From: Sulfuritalea sp.
Lineage (GTDB): Bacteria > Pseudomonadota > Gammaproteobacteria > Burkholderiales > Rhodocyclaceae
Length of the DNA: 64,000 nucleotides
Direction of reading: 5' to 3'
NCBI GenBank assembly: GCA_022842325.1
Contig: JALHPU010000001.1
Span: 144,934 to 208,933 of the forward strand
Positions 45,166 through 54,998 of this stretch are shown in pieces; the first letter of the stretch is position 1, and the number at the start of each line of letters is the position of its first letter. The position numbers and the translations under genes are program-made. The notes beneath the pieces were generated by a model, which was given only the letters and a program-made list of their open reading frames with translations, had not been told where the DNA came from and made no database searches.

Positions 45166-46538
45166 GCGGCCTTCTCGCGCAGGATCTGCTTGGCGACGCG
45201 GAACTGCTGCACCAGCGGAATGTTGGACGGGCAGACGTAAGTGCAACAGCCGCACTCGAAGCAGTCGCCGAGGAAAAACTGCTCGCCCATCAGGTCGTAT
45301 TCGCGCTTGGCGGCGAGCATGCCCAGCGTCGACGGATTGAGGCCCATCGGGCAGGATTCGACGCATTCGCCGCATTTGATGCAGGGATAGGTCTGGCGCC
45401 CCTCGCGCGCCGCCATGTCCTCGTGGCGGAATACCAGCACGCCGGAAACGCCCTTGGTGATCGGCACCTCGAGCGAGCCGACGGCCTGGCCCATCATCGG
45501 CCCGCCGAGGATCACCTGGCGCGCGTCGAGCGCATCGACCGCCGGCACACCGGCGTAGTCGAGCACGAACTTGAGCGGCGTGCCGAGGATCACGCGATAG
45601 TCGCCGGGGCGCGCCACGCCGGAACCGGTGACGGTCACCACGCGCTCGGTCAGGCCCTGCCCGGCCGGCAGCAACTTGCCCAGCGCGGCCAGCGTGCCGA
45701 CGTTGCTGACCACCATGCCCAGGGCGATGGGCAGGCCGCCGGCCGGCATCTCGGCGCCGAATAGCGCCATGATCAGCATCCGTTCGGCGCCCTGCGGATA
45801 CTTGGTCGGCACCGCCTCGACGTGGATTTCGCCTTCCGGAAACGCACCGCCGGCGCCGGCCCAGGCGATGGCCTGGCGCAGCGTAGCCACGGCGTCGGGC
45901 TTGTTGTCCTCGATGCCGATGATGGCGCGCACGGCACCGGTGGCGCGCATGGCATAGCGTGTGCCGGCAATCAGGTCGTCGGCATGCTCGACCATGACGC
46001 GATGATCACAGGTCAGGTAGGGCTCGCACTCGCAACCATTCACCACCAGCGTGTGCACCTTCGCCTGCTTCGGCACCGAGAGCTTGGCATGGGTCGGGAA
46101 GGCGGCGCCGCCCAAGCCGACCATGCCGGTGTCCCAGATCGCCTGCAGGATGTCCTGGCCGCTGGCCTGCGACAGGTCGCGCGACTGGCCCCACAGATCC
46201 TCCTGCGTCGCGCCGGGATGGGCGCGGATCACGATCGACTCGACCCAGGTGCCGCGCATGCCGGGGCGCAGGCCGATGAATTCGACCACGCCCGACAGCG
46301 GCGCGTGGTGCGGCACCGACAGCCACTCGTCGCTGCGGGCGATCGGCTGGCCGCGCACCACGTCCTGACCGACCCGGACGATGGGCCGCGGCGCCTTGCC
46401 GATGTGCTGCGACAGCGGCACCGTCACCTTGGGCGGAAACGGCAGGCGGCGGATCTTGCTGTCCGCCGTCAGCTTGCAGGACGGCGGATGCACGCCGCGC
46501 TGAAAGGCGCCGCCGCGAAAGTAGGAAATCAGCTTCAT
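45162..46538 (-). CDS. rnfC: Rnf complex subunit C (NADH-binding, two 4Fe-4S)
   Basis: RnfC family with CIKCGECVESCP / CFECGCCTYVCP; start at MKLISYFRGG (ATG 46538). Confidence 0.9.
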   Translation of the reverse strand: MKLISYFRGGAFQRGVHPPSCKLTADSKIRRLPFPPKVTVPLSQHIGKAPRPIVRVGQDVVRGQPIARSDEWLSVPHHAPLSGVVEFIGLRPGMRGTWVESIVIRAHPGATQEDLWGQSRDLSQASGQDILQAIWDTGMVGLGGAAFPTHAKLSVPKQAKVHTLVVNGCECEPYLTCDHRVMVEHADDLIAGTRYAMRATGAVRAIIGIEDNKPDAVATLRQAIAWAGAGGAFPEGEIHVEAVPTKYPQGAERMLIMALFGAEMPAGGLPIALGMVVSNVGTLAALGKLLPAGQGLTERVVTVTGSGVARPGDYRVILGTPLKFVLDYAGVPAVDALDARQVILGGPMMGQAVGSLEVPITKGVSGVLVFRHEDMAAREGRQTYPCIKCGECVESCPMGLNPSTLGMLAAKREYDLMGEQFFLGDCFECGCCTYVCPSNIPLVQQFRVAKQILREKAA

Positions 46539-46549
46539 GCCGGATAGGG

Positions 46550-49500
46550 TCAGTTGAACTTCGCCGCCCGCGTCATGAGCTTCTCGATGCCCGGCTCGCT
46601 CATGTTCCAGGGCGTGCCGGGATGGATGCAGCCGGCCGTGCACTTCTCCGCGGCCTTGACGATGTCGGCGAACTTGCCGCCCTTCGGATTGATGACGATG
46701 GCAAGCTTCTGGTCGTTGTAGGCGAAGGTCTTCGGCGCCAGCGTGGTGCACTCGTCGCAGGCCGTGCATTCGGGGGTTTCGATCCAGACCGGGTCGTAAT
46801 CGCCGCCACCCGCTGTCGCCGCCGCCGTGTCGCCAGCGCCGACTGTTGCCGTCGGAGCGGCGTCCGCCAGGCCGCCGAGACCGAGGCTGGCAGAAATCTT
46901 CGCCAGCAGTTCGGCGCGCACGCGCTCCGTCACTTCGACGGCGTCGGTTGCCTGAACGCCGAGACCGGCCAGATCGCGAAGCTGCCGCCAGAAATTCAGC
47001 CGCTCCTCGGCCGAGCGCACCAGTTCTTCGGTCACCAGCAGGCGCATCAGGCGGTTCTTCTTGTCCACCGCCCAGATGAAGGGGAAGCGGCCTTCGCGCG
47101 CATCCTTGTCGAGTTCGATGAACTCGGCGATCGGCAGCATGTTCTCGTTCCAGGTATCGGCCGGCGCCTTCTTGAAGTGCTTGAGGAAGCGCGCCTCGGT
47201 CGCGGCGAAGTCGGCGAAGGTCATCGGCAGCGTCATGCTCTGCTCCGCCCCTGCCTCGTCGAGATACTTGAGCGTATAGGTCGGCCAGTCGGTGTCGAGC
47301 GAGGGGTTGCCTTCGAGACTGACGCATTCGCTGAAGGTGGTGCCGGCATCGGGATCGAAGCGGAACAGCGGATAGGCACGGCCTTCCACCGCCAGCTTGC
47401 TCTGGTCCACGCTCTTGTCGTCGCCGACGCCGTGTTCCGGCGGGCACACGGCGTAGATGTTGAACACCGCCGGGCGGCGGCTGTTGAGGCCGTCGATGTA
47501 GCTTTCGATCAGGTGATTGACGTGGGCGATGGTGCCCTGCATGACGTAGGAGGTGCGATGCGCCATTCCGATCAGCGACATTTCCTTGCGCGTTTCCTGC
47601 TTGCCGCGCGACGCGCTGCCGAAAGGCGCCATGTCGGACACCTGGCTGATGAAGCCCGAGGTACAGGCCTGGCCGCCGGTGTTCGAATACACCTGGGTGT
47701 CGACCACCAGCACCTTGATCGGCATGCCGGACATCAGTGCGCGCGACAGGTTCTGGAAGCCGATGTCATACATCGCGCCGTCGCCGCCGATAGCTACCAC
47801 CGGCGGACAAAGCTCCCACTCGTCGGCCGTAAACTTGCTCCAGGTGAAGCGGCGGAAGAAATCGTCGTCGCGATCGGGCAGGTAATCGCCCGCCAGCTCC
47901 TGCTCGGCGATGCGCACCGCCTTGAAGCCGTCGGCCATCTTCGCCATGTGGCCCTCGAAGATGCCCATCGCCACCGAGGGCGAATCCTGGAACAGGTGCG
48001 AGGTCCAGGGGAAGGGATAGGGGTGGAAGGGATAGGTCGAGCCCCACACCGAGGTGCAGCCCGTGGAATTGACGATGCCCATTTCGGCGCGGCCGCGCTT
48101 GGTCGGGCCTTCGACATAGCGCCACTTCAGGTCCTTGAGCTTTTCCAGCAACTGGGCGGTGTTCTTGACCCAGGCCGGATCGAGCAATTGCGATGGCTTG
48201 TCGGCATTCAGCTTGTCGGCCAGGCTGGACAGCGTCAGGTCGTGCAATCCGGTGGAATTCACGGCGCGCACCACGGCGCCGGTGTCGCTGAGATCCACGG
48301 CGGAGGCCAGCTTGATGCGCATGTGCTGTTCGAGGCGCAGGATCAGGTCGTCGAGCTTGTCGACGAAGGCCGCCACGCGCGGCTGCATCAGCGCAGTCAC
48401 GGTCGAGGTGAACAAGTGGATCGCGGTCTTCTCGCCGCAGCCGAGGCAGGCGCCGTCGCCGCAGTTCATCGAACCGTAGTTGCGCTTGTCCAGCAGCAGG
48501 GTTTCCAGCGCGCCGATCTTCTCGTCGAGGCTGTCGATGCGGCTGTATTCCTTGGGCGTGGTCGGCAGTTCCAGCCAGGTGTTCCAGTCGCGGCGCAGGC
48601 GCTCGACCGAATCCTCGGTCTGGGTCACCATTTTCAGCGCATTGTCTTCGCAGACCGTGACGCACAGCGCGCAGCCCTTGCAGGTGTAAGGATTGACGGT
48701 GATCGAGAACAGGCCGCCGCTGCCTTTGGATTTCTTCTCCTTCTGCGACCAGTAGGGCTTGGTTGCGGCGAACTGGAAACCGCCGAGATGGATCTGCAAC
48801 TGCGTGAATTCGGCGGCGAGGCCGGCGCGCTCGGCTTCCGGCGTGTCGGCCAGCACGGCGTCCATGGCGCGGTCGATCAGCGGGCGGACGAAGCCACCTT
48901 CGTTGTCGACCAGTGCGCGCAGCTTCTTTTCGATCGAACGCGCGGCGCGGCGCAGGTAGCGCGTCGGCGTGCCGCTGGTCTCGATGCGGTTGATCGCCGT
49001 GGCGAGTACGTCGCCGATCGAGCTGACCAGGCCGGGAATCGCCGAGTCCGGGCATTCCACATAGCAGTTGCCGCAGGCCGTGCAATTCTCCGCGATCCAC
49101 TCCGGATGCTCGAAGCGGATGCCGGTCATGTCGCGGAACACACCGGTGGCGGCCGGCACCAGCGAGGCGCCGATGAAGGGATCGACCAGGTTGTCGTTGC
49201 CCTTGCCGGTCAGGTAGAAATGCCCGGTCTGTTCCCAGAAGCGATGGATGTCGCCCACCTTGGTCAGTCGAATCTCGTCACCGACCGGCAGTTGCTTCAG
49301 CATCACCGGCAGGCCGACATCCTTCTTGACGAAGCCCTTGCGCGTCACGCCTACTTGCTTGTCGGTGATCTCCGTCAGTTCGGTGAAGCCGCGCCGCACC
49401 ACGCGCAAATTGTCGGCCACCACGCGGGCACCCTTGCCGCCGAACTTGGATTGCAGCTGGGCTTCGATCGCGGTAAACAGCGCATCCTCGGTCAGCCCGG

Positions 49501-51517
49501 CATTGGCCATGGTCGGGCTGGCGGCGAAGAAGGCGCCCTGGAAGGCGATGCCCTGCATGCGCAGTTGCAGCTCGGCCGCACCGGCCTCCTCGCGGGCGAT
49601 CTGGAAGGCGTCGAGGTGGAACACGCGAATCTCGTTGTCGACGATGAACTTCTGCGCCCAGAGCGGAAAGCTGGCCCAGGTCTCATCGCCGAGATTCGAC
49701 TGGATGATGAAGAAGCCGCCCTTTTTCAGGCCCGACAGAGGATTGCTGTGGCCGAACACCGCGGGGTCGGGCGAGAGCACGACATCGACATAGACGTATT
49801 CGCAGTTGATGCGGATCGGTTCCGGCGCGGCCGAAAGGTAATAGGTGGTCGGCTGGCCCTTCTTTTCCGAGCCGTACTTAGGATTGGCCTTGATGTCCCA
49901 GCCGAGCAGTTCGAACAGGGTCATCGCCAGGTTCTTGCCGGTGGTGATGGCGCCCCAGCCGCCGACCGAGTGCATGCGCACGGTGATCGCGCCCTTGGGC
50001 AGCAGATTGGGATTCTCCGAGCCGCGCACCCCCAGTTCGCGGATGTGCGGATACTTGTCGGCGATGTCCTGCTGGTGCACCTCGTCCTTCGGGTTCAGCG
50101 GATCGCGGGCGAAGTCGATCGACAGGTAATAGAACTTGCGTTGCGTGCCCTCGGGCAACATGTTCTCGACGGCGCCGATCAGCGCCTCGGGCTGCAGGTC
50201 GCGCGAGCCCAGGCCGTAGCAGCCGGAATACAGGCGCGGCATGTCGCCGGCGCCGTAACTCGCGTAATCGGCATAGGACGGCGCTCCGCCGGCGGCGCTC
50301 ATGCCGTTCTCGAGGCACTTCATCAGCGTCGCACGCACCTCGCGCATCAGCGGCAGATCCTCGGCCAGCGGCTGGTCGGTGCGCTCCAGCACCGCCACGC
50401 CCTTCCTGCCGCGCAGCACGTGGCCCAGCAGGTCGCCGGGGAAGGGACGGAACATGGTCAGGTTCACCACGCCAACCTTGAGCTTGCGCGTCTCGCGCAG
50501 GTAATCGGCCACGGCTTCGGCCTGCACGATCATGCTGCCCATGCCGAGGATCAGGTAGTCCGCATCTTCGGCCTTGAAGGTGGCGACGCGCTGGTAGCGG
50601 CGGCCGGTGAGGCCGGCATATTCGTCGAGGCAGGCCTCGGTGATGGCTTCGATGTGATCGAAGAAGTAGGGGCGCTGGCCGGCGGTGGCCTGCATGTAGG
50701 CATCCTGGTTCTGCACCGAGCCCGACAGGAGGGGCGTATCCACATCCCAGATCGCCGGCACCCGGCGCCGCTTCGGCCCGTAGAGCATCTGCTGCGCCGG
50801 TGTCGGCGTATCGATCAGGTCGTCGGGCTTGCCGAGGAATTCGGCCACCAGTTCGCGTTCCGGCAGCAGCACCGACTCGATCAGGTGGGTGGTGAGAAAG
50901 CCGTCCTGGCCGATGATGGCCGGCGTCAGCGACAGCTCGGCGACCTTGCGCGCGATCAGGTTGAGGTCGGCAGCCTCGGTGGCATTCTTGGCCATGACCT
51001 GGATGAAGCCGGTGTCGTCGATGCAATGGTAGTCGTCGTGGCCGGCATGGACGTTGAGCGAAACCTTGGTGATGGCGCGACAACCCATGTTCAGCACATA
51101 GGGCAGGCGCTTGCCGACCGCGGCGTAGAGCGACTCGTGCATGAAGGCGACGCCCTGGCCGGAAGAGAAGTTGACCGCGCGCAGGCCGGTCATGGCCATG
51201 CCGGCGGTGACGCCCGCGGCCGCGTGTTCTGATTCCGGCTCGATGAAGATCAGCGGCTTGTCGGAAATATTGAGATGGCCCTTGGCGACCTCTTCCGCCC
51301 AATACTCGCCCATCTGCGTCGAGGGCGTGATCGGGTAGGCACCGGCGGCGTCGGACGACTCGCGTTCGACATGGATGACCGCGGTATTGCCATCGACGGC
51401 ATCGCGCACTCCCGGATATTTCACCGCCGTGGCCGCCTGGCCGGCACTGCCGCTTTCCAGAAGGGAGAACGAGAAAATTTTCTTGATCAGTGACTTGGAC
51501 ATGACGACTTCCTTCAA
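46550..51517 (-). CDS. Giant (1655 aa) pyruvate:ferredoxin/flavodoxin oxidoreductase-family protein (NifJ/YdbK-like) with inserted segments and an extra C-terminal Cys-cluster domain
   Basis: PFOR domains I-III, two ferredoxin motifs (CTACGNCYVECP, CKGCALCVTVCEDNA), ThDP motif GGDGAMYDIGF, plus C-terminal ...CTACDECTT...CTAGCIHP. Confidence 0.85.
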   Translation of the reverse strand: MKEVVMSKSLIKKIFSFSLLESGSAGQAATAVKYPGVRDAVDGNTAVIHVERESSDAAGAYPITPSTQMGEYWAEEVAKGHLNISDKPLIFIEPESEHAAAGVTAGMAMTGLRAVNFSSGQGVAFMHESLYAAVGKRLPYVLNMGCRAITKVSLNVHAGHDDYHCIDDTGFIQVMAKNATEAADLNLIARKVAELSLTPAIIGQDGFLTTHLIESVLLPERELVAEFLGKPDDLIDTPTPAQQMLYGPKRRRVPAIWDVDTPLLSGSVQNQDAYMQATAGQRPYFFDHIEAITEACLDEYAGLTGRRYQRVATFKAEDADYLILGMGSMIVQAEAVADYLRETRKLKVGVVNLTMFRPFPGDLLGHVLRGRKGVAVLERTDQPLAEDLPLMREVRATLMKCLENGMSAAGGAPSYADYASYGAGDMPRLYSGCYGLGSRDLQPEALIGAVENMLPEGTQRKFYYLSIDFARDPLNPKDEVHQQDIADKYPHIRELGVRGSENPNLLPKGAITVRMHSVGGWGAITTGKNLAMTLFELLGWDIKANPKYGSEKKGQPTTYYLSAAPEPIRINCEYVYVDVVLSPDPAVFGHSNPLSGLKKGGFFIIQSNLGDETWASFPLWAQKFIVDNEIRVFHLDAFQIAREEAGAAELQLRMQGIAFQGAFFAASPTMANAGLTEDALFTAIEAQLQSKFGGKGARVVADNLRVVRRGFTELTEITDKQVGVTRKGFVKKDVGLPVMLKQLPVGDEIRLTKVGDIHRFWEQTGHFYLTGKGNDNLVDPFIGASLVPAATGVFRDMTGIRFEHPEWIAENCTACGNCYVECPDSAIPGLVSSIGDVLATAINRIETSGTPTRYLRRAARSIEKKLRALVDNEGGFVRPLIDRAMDAVLADTPEAERAGLAAEFTQLQIHLGGFQFAATKPYWSQKEKKSKGSGGLFSITVNPYTCKGCALCVTVCEDNALKMVTQTEDSVERLRRDWNTWLELPTTPKEYSRIDSLDEKIGALETLLLDKRNYGSMNCGDGACLGCGEKTAIHLFTSTVTALMQPRVAAFVDKLDDLILRLEQHMRIKLASAVDLSDTGAVVRAVNSTGLHDLTLSSLADKLNADKPSQLLDPAWVKNTAQLLEKLKDLKWRYVEGPTKRGRAEMGIVNSTGCTSVWGSTYPFHPYPFPWTSHLFQDSPSVAMGIFEGHMAKMADGFKAVRIAEQELAGDYLPDRDDDFFRRFTWSKFTADEWELCPPVVAIGGDGAMYDIGFQNLSRALMSGMPIKVLVVDTQVYSNTGGQACTSGFISQVSDMAPFGSASRGKQETRKEMSLIGMAHRTSYVMQGTIAHVNHLIESYIDGLNSRRPAVFNIYAVCPPEHGVGDDKSVDQSKLAVEGRAYPLFRFDPDAGTTFSECVSLEGNPSLDTDWPTYTLKYLDEAGAEQSMTLPMTFADFAATEARFLKHFKKAPADTWNENMLPIAEFIELDKDAREGRFPFIWAVDKKNRLMRLLVTEELVRSAEERLNFWRQLRDLAGLGVQATDAVEVTERVRAELLAKISASLGLGGLADAAPTATVGAGDTAAATAGGGDYDPVWIETPECTACDECTTLAPKTFAYNDQKLAIVINPKGGKFADIVKAAEKCTAGCIHPGTPWNMSEPGIEKLMTRAAKFN

Positions 51518-51524
51518 TGCGAAT

Positions 51525-52403
51525 TCAATAATGCAGGGGCAACGGATCGTTGCGCAGGATTTTCTTGGCGGCGGCGCCCTTGACCGGACGGTCCGGGGTT
51601 TCGAACCAGACGATGGCGCCGGTCGGGCAGCGCTCGATCGGGGCGCGACCCGCGCGGTCGTTCCAGTCGTAATTGACCACTGCCAGGTTGTTGGCCAGTT
51701 GCATCAGCTTGAACGGCGAATCGGCGACGCACTTGCCGCAGGCGGTGCAGGCCACCTCGCAGGAGGCCTCTGCGGTATCGCCGTCCGCCTGGTTCTTGCA
51801 AGCCACCCAGAGCCGGTGACTGACCGGCTCGAGGCTGAACAGGCCCTTGGGGCAGACTTCGACGCAGTCGTTGCAGGCAGTGCATTTGTCGCTATCGACT
51901 ACAGGCAGGCCATGGGCATCCATGGCGATCGCATCGAAGGTGCAGACATTGGCGCAGTCTGCGAGGCCCAGGCAGCCCCAGGCGCATTCCTTGCCGCCAC
52001 CGGAAACCACCGCTGCGGCACGGCAGGTTTTCAGCCCCTCGTAGCGGGCGCGCAGAAACGCGACGTGATGGCCGCCGCCGCAGGCCAGGCGCGCCACGCT
52101 CTTTTCCACGCTGCCGGCGGCAACGCCGAGCAGGTCGGCGATGCCCTGGCGCTGCTGCGGTGTGCTGACGGTGCACTTGGCCGGTACCACTTCACCGCCG
52201 ACCACCTTTTCCGCGAAGTCGCGGCAACCGGCCTGACCGCAGGCGCCGCAGTTGGATTTCGGCAGCAGTTCTTCGACCTCGCCGATGCGCGGGTCTTCAT
52301 AGACGAACAGTTTCTTGTTGGCAAAGGCCAGCAGCAGCGCCAGGAGCACGCCCAGCCCCGCCATGAAGCCTCCTGCCACCGCCAGATTCGTCACCGACTC
52401 CAA
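51525..52403 (-). CDS. rnfB: Rnf complex subunit B (polyferredoxin)
   Basis: N-terminal membrane anchor, CGACGQAGC cluster and several CxxCxxCxxxCP motifs. Confidence 0.85.
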   Translation of the reverse strand: MESVTNLAVAGGFMAGLGVLLALLLAFANKKLFVYEDPRIGEVEELLPKSNCGACGQAGCRDFAEKVVGGEVVPAKCTVSTPQQRQGIADLLGVAAGSVEKSVARLACGGGHHVAFLRARYEGLKTCRAAAVVSGGGKECAWGCLGLADCANVCTFDAIAMDAHGLPVVDSDKCTACNDCVEVCPKGLFSLEPVSHRLWVACKNQADGDTAEASCEVACTACGKCVADSPFKLMQLANNLAVVNYDWNDRAGRAPIERCPTGAIVWFETPDRPVKGAAAKKILRNDPLPLHY

Positions 52404-52770
52404 GCCTGCCCACTCCCTCGCCAGCGCGGTTCGCTGATGCTTTAAATCTGAACTAAAACCGCTTTAATGTCATGGTTTTCATCCCGCGCTCCGGCGCCGA
52501 CAGAGAGATTCGGAATGACCTCTGCGGAAGCAATCGAAAGGCAGGAGAAATCGTAGAACCGCCGGCTTCCAGCCTTGAGGGCGGAAGCCGTCGGTCCCAT
52601 CACATCGCAGCCGGGAGTTGCTCCCGATCTACAGGGGAAGCCGGCGCGTTGGCACCGGCTCGGGCATACGCCTGGGGCGGGGTTTCGCCTCTGGCGTTTG
52701 TGACCAGTCAACTATAAGACTTGCGGTCCGCTGGACCTAGCGGATAATTTTATTTCGGCATTTGCCGAGT

Positions 52771-53625
52771 TCATTCCGCGGTCGCCATGGAACAGCGCGC
52801 ATGCACCCACTGCAACAGTTCCGCGGCTACCGCCTCGCGATCCAGATCATTGAGGGTTTCGTGGCGGCTGCCCGGCCACAGCCGCAGCGTACGATCCGCA
52901 CCGCCCCAGAGGTCATGGATCTCCCGGCTGCCTGCCGGATCGGTGAGGCGGTCGGCATCGCCGTGAAACAGATACACCGGCAGCGTCAAGCTGGCCGCCG
53001 CAGCGCGATTGGTCGCCATGGCTTGCAGCAATTCAGCCCCGGTGCGTGCCGGTGGCGCCGCCAGGCTCACCAGCGGATCGCCGACATAAGCCGCCACTGC
53101 CACAGGGTCGCGGCTGATCACTGCCGGATCGATGCGCGTACCACGCAGATGCGGCAACCAGCGCGAGAGAAACGGCGCCAGCCACACCAGCAGGCGCGGC
53201 ACGTCGCCGCCGATCTTGAGTGCCGCCGAGGACAGGATCAGTCCTGCCACCGGCTGGCGCCGTTGTGCTACCCAGCGCAGAACAATCGCGCCGCCCATGC
53301 TGTGGCCGAGGAGGAATACCGGACGGCCGGCGGCAAGTTCGTCCGCCTTCGTCCAGAGCGTGTCGACGTCCAGCAGGTAATCATCGAAGCGCTCGACGTA
53401 CGAGCGTTCGCCCGGTGAGCGGCCGTGGCCGCGCAAGTCGACCGATACCACACCCAGCCCCTGCCGGTTGGCCAGTTCGGCGAGAAAGGCGTAGCGCCCC
53501 GAGTGCTCCGCGATACCGTGCACCACAGCGATCACCGCGCAGAACTCAGGCGGCAGCCAGGCATGACCGGCAAGCGTCACGCCGTCGGCAGTGCGCAGTT
53601 CGAAGGAATGGTTTTCGGGATTCAT
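52771..53625 (-). CDS. Alpha/beta-hydrolase (lysophospholipase/monoacylglycerol-lipase-like)
   Basis: HGIAEHSGRY, GHSMGG nucleophile elbow; start at MNPENHSF inside the longer ORF. Confidence 0.7.
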   Translation of the reverse strand: MNPENHSFELRTADGVTLAGHAWLPPEFCAVIAVVHGIAEHSGRYAFLAELANRQGLGVVSVDLRGHGRSPGERSYVERFDDYLLDVDTLWTKADELAAGRPVFLLGHSMGGAIVLRWVAQRRQPVAGLILSSAALKIGGDVPRLLVWLAPFLSRWLPHLRGTRIDPAVISRDPVAVAAYVGDPLVSLAAPPARTGAELLQAMATNRAAAASLTLPVYLFHGDADRLTDPAGSREIHDLWGGADRTLRLWPGSRHETLNDLDREAVAAELLQWVHARCSMATAE

Positions 53626-53663
53626 ATCCGTCTCGGCTCGAGTAGCGGGGAATTGCCGTGCGG

Positions 53664-54434
53664 CTAGCGACGCTCCCTGACCACGAAAGGCTCGACCAGC
53701 GCCTCCTGCACCGACTCGTCCCTGTTGAGCGCCTTGTCGAAACTGGCGTTCCATACATCGGCGTTGGCCAGGTCGGCGCTTTTCATGTCCGCCTTGAAGA
53801 ACACCGCCTGGCGCAATGTGGCGCCCTTCAACCGCGTCTCCGTCAGATTCGCATCGGTGAAGTCAGCCTGCTCCATCGCCGCTCCGGTCAGGTCGGCGCC
53901 CGACAGATCGGTGCCGACCAAGCGGGCGCCGGAAAACACGCCGCGAAATGCGTAGCAGTTGCGGATCGAGCCACCCGAGAGGTCGATCCCCTCCATCAGC
54001 ACGTCCTTCAGATAGGCACCGGAAAAATCGGCCCGCAGCGCCCGGGTGTTGATCAGGTTGGCGCCGAACAGGTTGGCGCCCGCCAGCTTCGCGTCGCTCA
54101 GATCGCCGTCATCGAAGGTCGCATGGAACAGGTCGGCATTGCGCAGGTCTGCCCCCTTCAAATCCGTCCCGGTGAACTTGGCCCATTTGGCATTGCTGCC
54201 GCGCAGATCCGCGCCAGCCAGGTTGGCCTGGCTGAAATCGGTGCTTTCCAGCTTGGCGCCGGCCAGCCGCGCGCCGTGCAAGTCCCTGCCAGCCAGTTTC
54301 TTGCGCGAGAAATCGCAGAGCGAGAGATCGGTCGCCGCCTGCGGCGCGGCGCAGTTGCCCGCCGGCAAGTCGGCGGCCCCCGCCTCGATGGCGAACAGCA
54401 GCGGCAGCAGGATAATGATGACGTGTGATTTCAT
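53664..54434 (-). CDS. Secreted pentapeptide-repeat protein
   Basis: Signal peptide then reiterated A(D/N)LxG pentapeptides. Confidence 0.75.
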   Translation of the reverse strand: MKSHVIIILLPLLFAIEAGAADLPAGNCAAPQAATDLSLCDFSRKKLAGRDLHGARLAGAKLESTDFSQANLAGADLRGSNAKWAKFTGTDLKGADLRNADLFHATFDDGDLSDAKLAGANLFGANLINTRALRADFSGAYLKDVLMEGIDLSGGSIRNCYAFRGVFSGARLVGTDLSGADLTGAAMEQADFTDANLTETRLKGATLRQAVFFKADMKSADLANADVWNASFDKALNRDESVQEALVEPFVVRERR

Positions 54435-54458
54435 GCGGCTGTCTCCCCCTTGCGATCG

Positions 54459-54998
54459 TTAGGCTTTTTGCGGATGACGGTAGATGTGGAAGGGCGCGCC
54501 GGCGAATTCGATCTCGCGCTCCAGCGTGGCGCCGACCGCCAGCGCCAGCCGGATCGAGGCCTGGTTGCGGCTGTCGATCAGGCTGATCAGGCGCAACTGC
54601 GGCAGGCAGTCGTGCGCCATGCGCTGCACCGCGCGCACCGCCTCGCTGGCGTAGCCCTTGCCCCAGTGCCGTTGCGCCAGCGACCACTTGATTTCCGGCT
54701 CCGGCCATTCGATCGGATACCAGGGACCGACCGTGCCCAGCACGGTGCCCGTGGCCTTCTCCTCGACCGCATAGGGGCCATAGCCGCGCAGCAGCCAGTG
54801 CCCGGCCATGCTGGCCACGGCACGCCAGGTGGCGGCTTCCGTCAGGGCGCGGCGATAGGTGAAGCGTGTGCACTCGGGATCCGAGAAATGCTCGTGCAGG
54901 GCGCGCCAGTCGTCGTGTACGAAAGTCCGCAGCAGCAGGCGCTCGGTCTCCAGCAACTGCGGAATCATGAAGCTCGAAAGCTCAGGCTTCTGGCTCAT
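54459..54998 (-). CDS. GNAT-family N-acetyltransferase (RimJ/RimL-like)
   Basis: ERLLLR N-terminal motif and acetyl-CoA binding region (HWGKGYASEA). Confidence 0.7.
   Translation of the reverse strand: MSQKPELSSFMIPQLLETERLLLRTFVHDDWRALHEHFSDPECTRFTYRRALTEAATWRAVASMAGHWLLRGYGPYAVEEKATGTVLGTVGPWYPIEWPEPEIKWSLAQRHWGKGYASEAVRAVQRMAHDCLPQLRLISLIDSRNQASIRLALAVGATLEREIEFAGAPFHIYRHPQKA

Noticed and set aside
46622-51232. 1536-aa plus-strand ORF
   Set aside because: Antisense shadow of the PFOR gene in GC-rich DNA; Arg/Ala/Gly-rich low-complexity translation with no domain signal
52640-52660. TGGCAC-N5-CGGGCA sigma-54-like element upstream of rnfB
   Set aside because: Poor -12 box, and it lies on the strand pointing away from rnfB toward a convergent gene
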